NCBI GenBank assembly: GCA_051294905.1
Contig: CM119372.1
Coordinates: 24,120,001 to 24,184,000, forward strand
Reading direction: 5' to 3'
From: Botryllus schlosseri
Lineage: Eukaryota
DNA: 64,000 nt
The notes beneath the pieces were generated by a model. It was not told where the DNA came from and made no database searches. It worked only from the letters and a program-made list of their open reading frames with translations. The translations under genes and the position numbers were made by a program. Numbering within the stretch: the first letter of the stretch is position 1; each line of letters starts with the position of its first letter. Below, piece after piece: positions 22,887-64,000 of the stretch.

Positions 22887-23869
22887 GGGCTGTAATGACT
22901 CGAGTCAGGCTCGAGTAGAGTCACGATTTTCTGATGAATCGACTTGACTCAAGTCATTTTCTCTAAATACGGAAATTACTCGACTCGAGTCGAGTCAATC
23001 TGTGTATTGACTCGACTTGGACTCGAGTCATTGCGCATGACTCGAACCAAGTCATATGACTCGAGACTCAGACGGCCAAGACCGACATTTCATTGTAATT
23101 TAGAAGAACAGTAAAGTAACCACCCTATTGGGATTACGTCTATTGGTACTGGTACTTGAAAATCCGACCAGAAACTGTTAAAAGTGAGGAAAATTAGTTC
23201 ATTATGCAAACCATTCGATATCATTTATAAGAGTTGGTTTAGCAAGACTTTAAGTTCTGGAAACTGAGCAGTCAACACAATGACTTGGACTCGGACTCGA
23301 GTTATAATACAATGAGTCGGACTCTAACCTCTGCTCGATGACTTGGACTCGGACTTACTCGGTGGGGAATTTAAAATGACTCGACTTGACTCGAGTCAAA
23401 ACCATAAAAGTGAGAATGACTTGTGACTCGGAGCTTTGTGACTTGGTTACAACCCTGATATAGGGGATAAATACGCGATTAATATATATTCAATAATCTG
23501 GTCCCCAAGTATCTGCATGGCCTGCCGACCAGAGAACTTGCCCGCCCCTGCTTTGAGGTCTATGGTTCGTCTCGGACTCGGTGGCTTCAGAGGAGGCTTC
23601 GAGCGAATATTTCCCTGGTTGTTTCCATTTTATACATCAGTATCAGTCTTTGTCTAAAAAGATGTGAAAAATCTGTGGTCATCTTTGTTCCCATGAAACC
23701 TGAATCTATATTCTCTAAGTCAGGAAATCTAAATGTTTTTCTATATTTCAGAAAAACCGCATTTCTATAACTATGAAACCGTAAAGGAACCTTATCGATC
23801 TTCGCAACCGAAGCACACTCTTTCAGTCACGGAGACTTAATTCTTACACATTGCAAAGACTATATAATA

Positions 23870-63078
<39,209 letters not shown>

Positions 63079-64000
63079 TCCATACCCCGCAGAATATGAG
63101 CGCCGAAAATGTGTTTCTAGATTTGCCAATTAGACGCCGGTTCGCGGGCCGCGCCACGTCGCTTCGTTACAGATTGAAAAAAAATGTCTTGTTATTTCTG
63201 TTAGCGAACACCGCGGTGTGTTTTCACCAGTGTTATTTGCGGTACGTCGAAATGTTGGCTAGGACGAGGTAATTATTTATTTCTGCTCACTGTGCTCTTC
63301 GCATGACCCGTCGGAAAAGCTCAACGTCTGCGTTTTCCGACGGGAATACCTAACCGATGGCGATACAATCCGTACTAGACCGCTACAGACTAACCGTAGT
63401 AACAGCGGTAACCATGTTTCTATCGCATGACGACTGACAAGGGCAAATAATAATCGATCAATGTTGGCAAATTTATGGTCTGAAATTTCTGAACGAGCAC
63501 TTTCATTCTTTTTGGGTGTCTTCATCTTCCTATGCCACAATCGGTTCTTTAATATTTGCAAAATTTCACCATGCGTACTTCTTGCGTGAGCAAATTCACT
63601 TCGAATCGGCTATTGCAGTCAGTTATGAATATTGTCGAGATATCAGGTTTCTTCTCAAAGAGTTACGGAACGGTTATTCTTATCATATCCCCCGAGTGTA
63701 ACTATGAGCAAAATTGTCTATGCGTTGTTCAGTCCTTAGTTAAATGTGACCGCTTGAATTGATCGAAAATCTGTCAAACCGCAGCGTGTTCGCGTTTTTT
63801 TTCGTGTGGTCTTTGTCTTGTTATTTTCGATGAGTGCCGGTCGATCCGCAATTCGATTAGTTATTATGGAAAATTTAGGAGTCTACAAAGCCCCGGTGAC
63901 GATTTGACGAGCAGACGCACGATGTCCAAGAACTAAGTGTGAACTCTTTCGTCCTTGAGAGACGATGGTATGGTTGCTCGCGCAAACTGCGAGATTTGTC

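Larger units (their letters stand above)
21968..23457. mobile_element. gactcgagtc-family hAT MITE
   Basis: Ends cagggctgtaa / ttacaaccctg; 8 bp TSD atataggg; body closely similar to 24626-25205. Confidence 0.9.
21495..23550. mobile_element. hAT (Charlie-like) MITE, outer shell of a nested stack
   Basis: Ends cagggacgggcag / cttgcccgcccctg; ggcccgc subterminal motifs; degenerate TSD gtttaagg/ctttgagg. Confidence 0.7.

Noticed and set aside
63277..63561. 94 aa minus-strand ORF after the USP32 stop
   Set aside because: Non-ATG start and no recognisable domain; probably 3'UTR or intergenic.

Overview
Intron-rich, TE-dense animal genomic DNA. The many 44-67 nt introns and the gene content suggest a compact invertebrate genome, possibly an ascidian (inference). 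(1) A complete 33-exon USP32 deubiquitinase gene on the + strand (23870-63078, 1641 aa by my exon sum): EF-hands, DUSP, split USP catalytic domain, C-terminal CaaX. All splice phases are consistent. (2) Two small spliced minus-strand genes with transposon-type DNA-binding domains: a THAP protein (483 to ~4297) and an 8-exon Myb/SANT (trihelix-like) protein (5923-16531). (3) Dozens of non-autonomous DNA transposons with visible TIRs and TSDs, several nested, plus a LINE 3' fragment and tRNA-derived SINEs. The most striking observation is a 6.49 kb foldback element with a 9 bp TSD inserted into the DNA-binding exon of the otherwise stop-free Myb/SANT gene. Its end supplies a GT and the duplicated target supplies an AG that together would restore the reading frame (+4 aa) if spliced. 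This is a hypothesis and needs RNA data. No prokaryotic features, CRISPR arrays or rRNA were seen.
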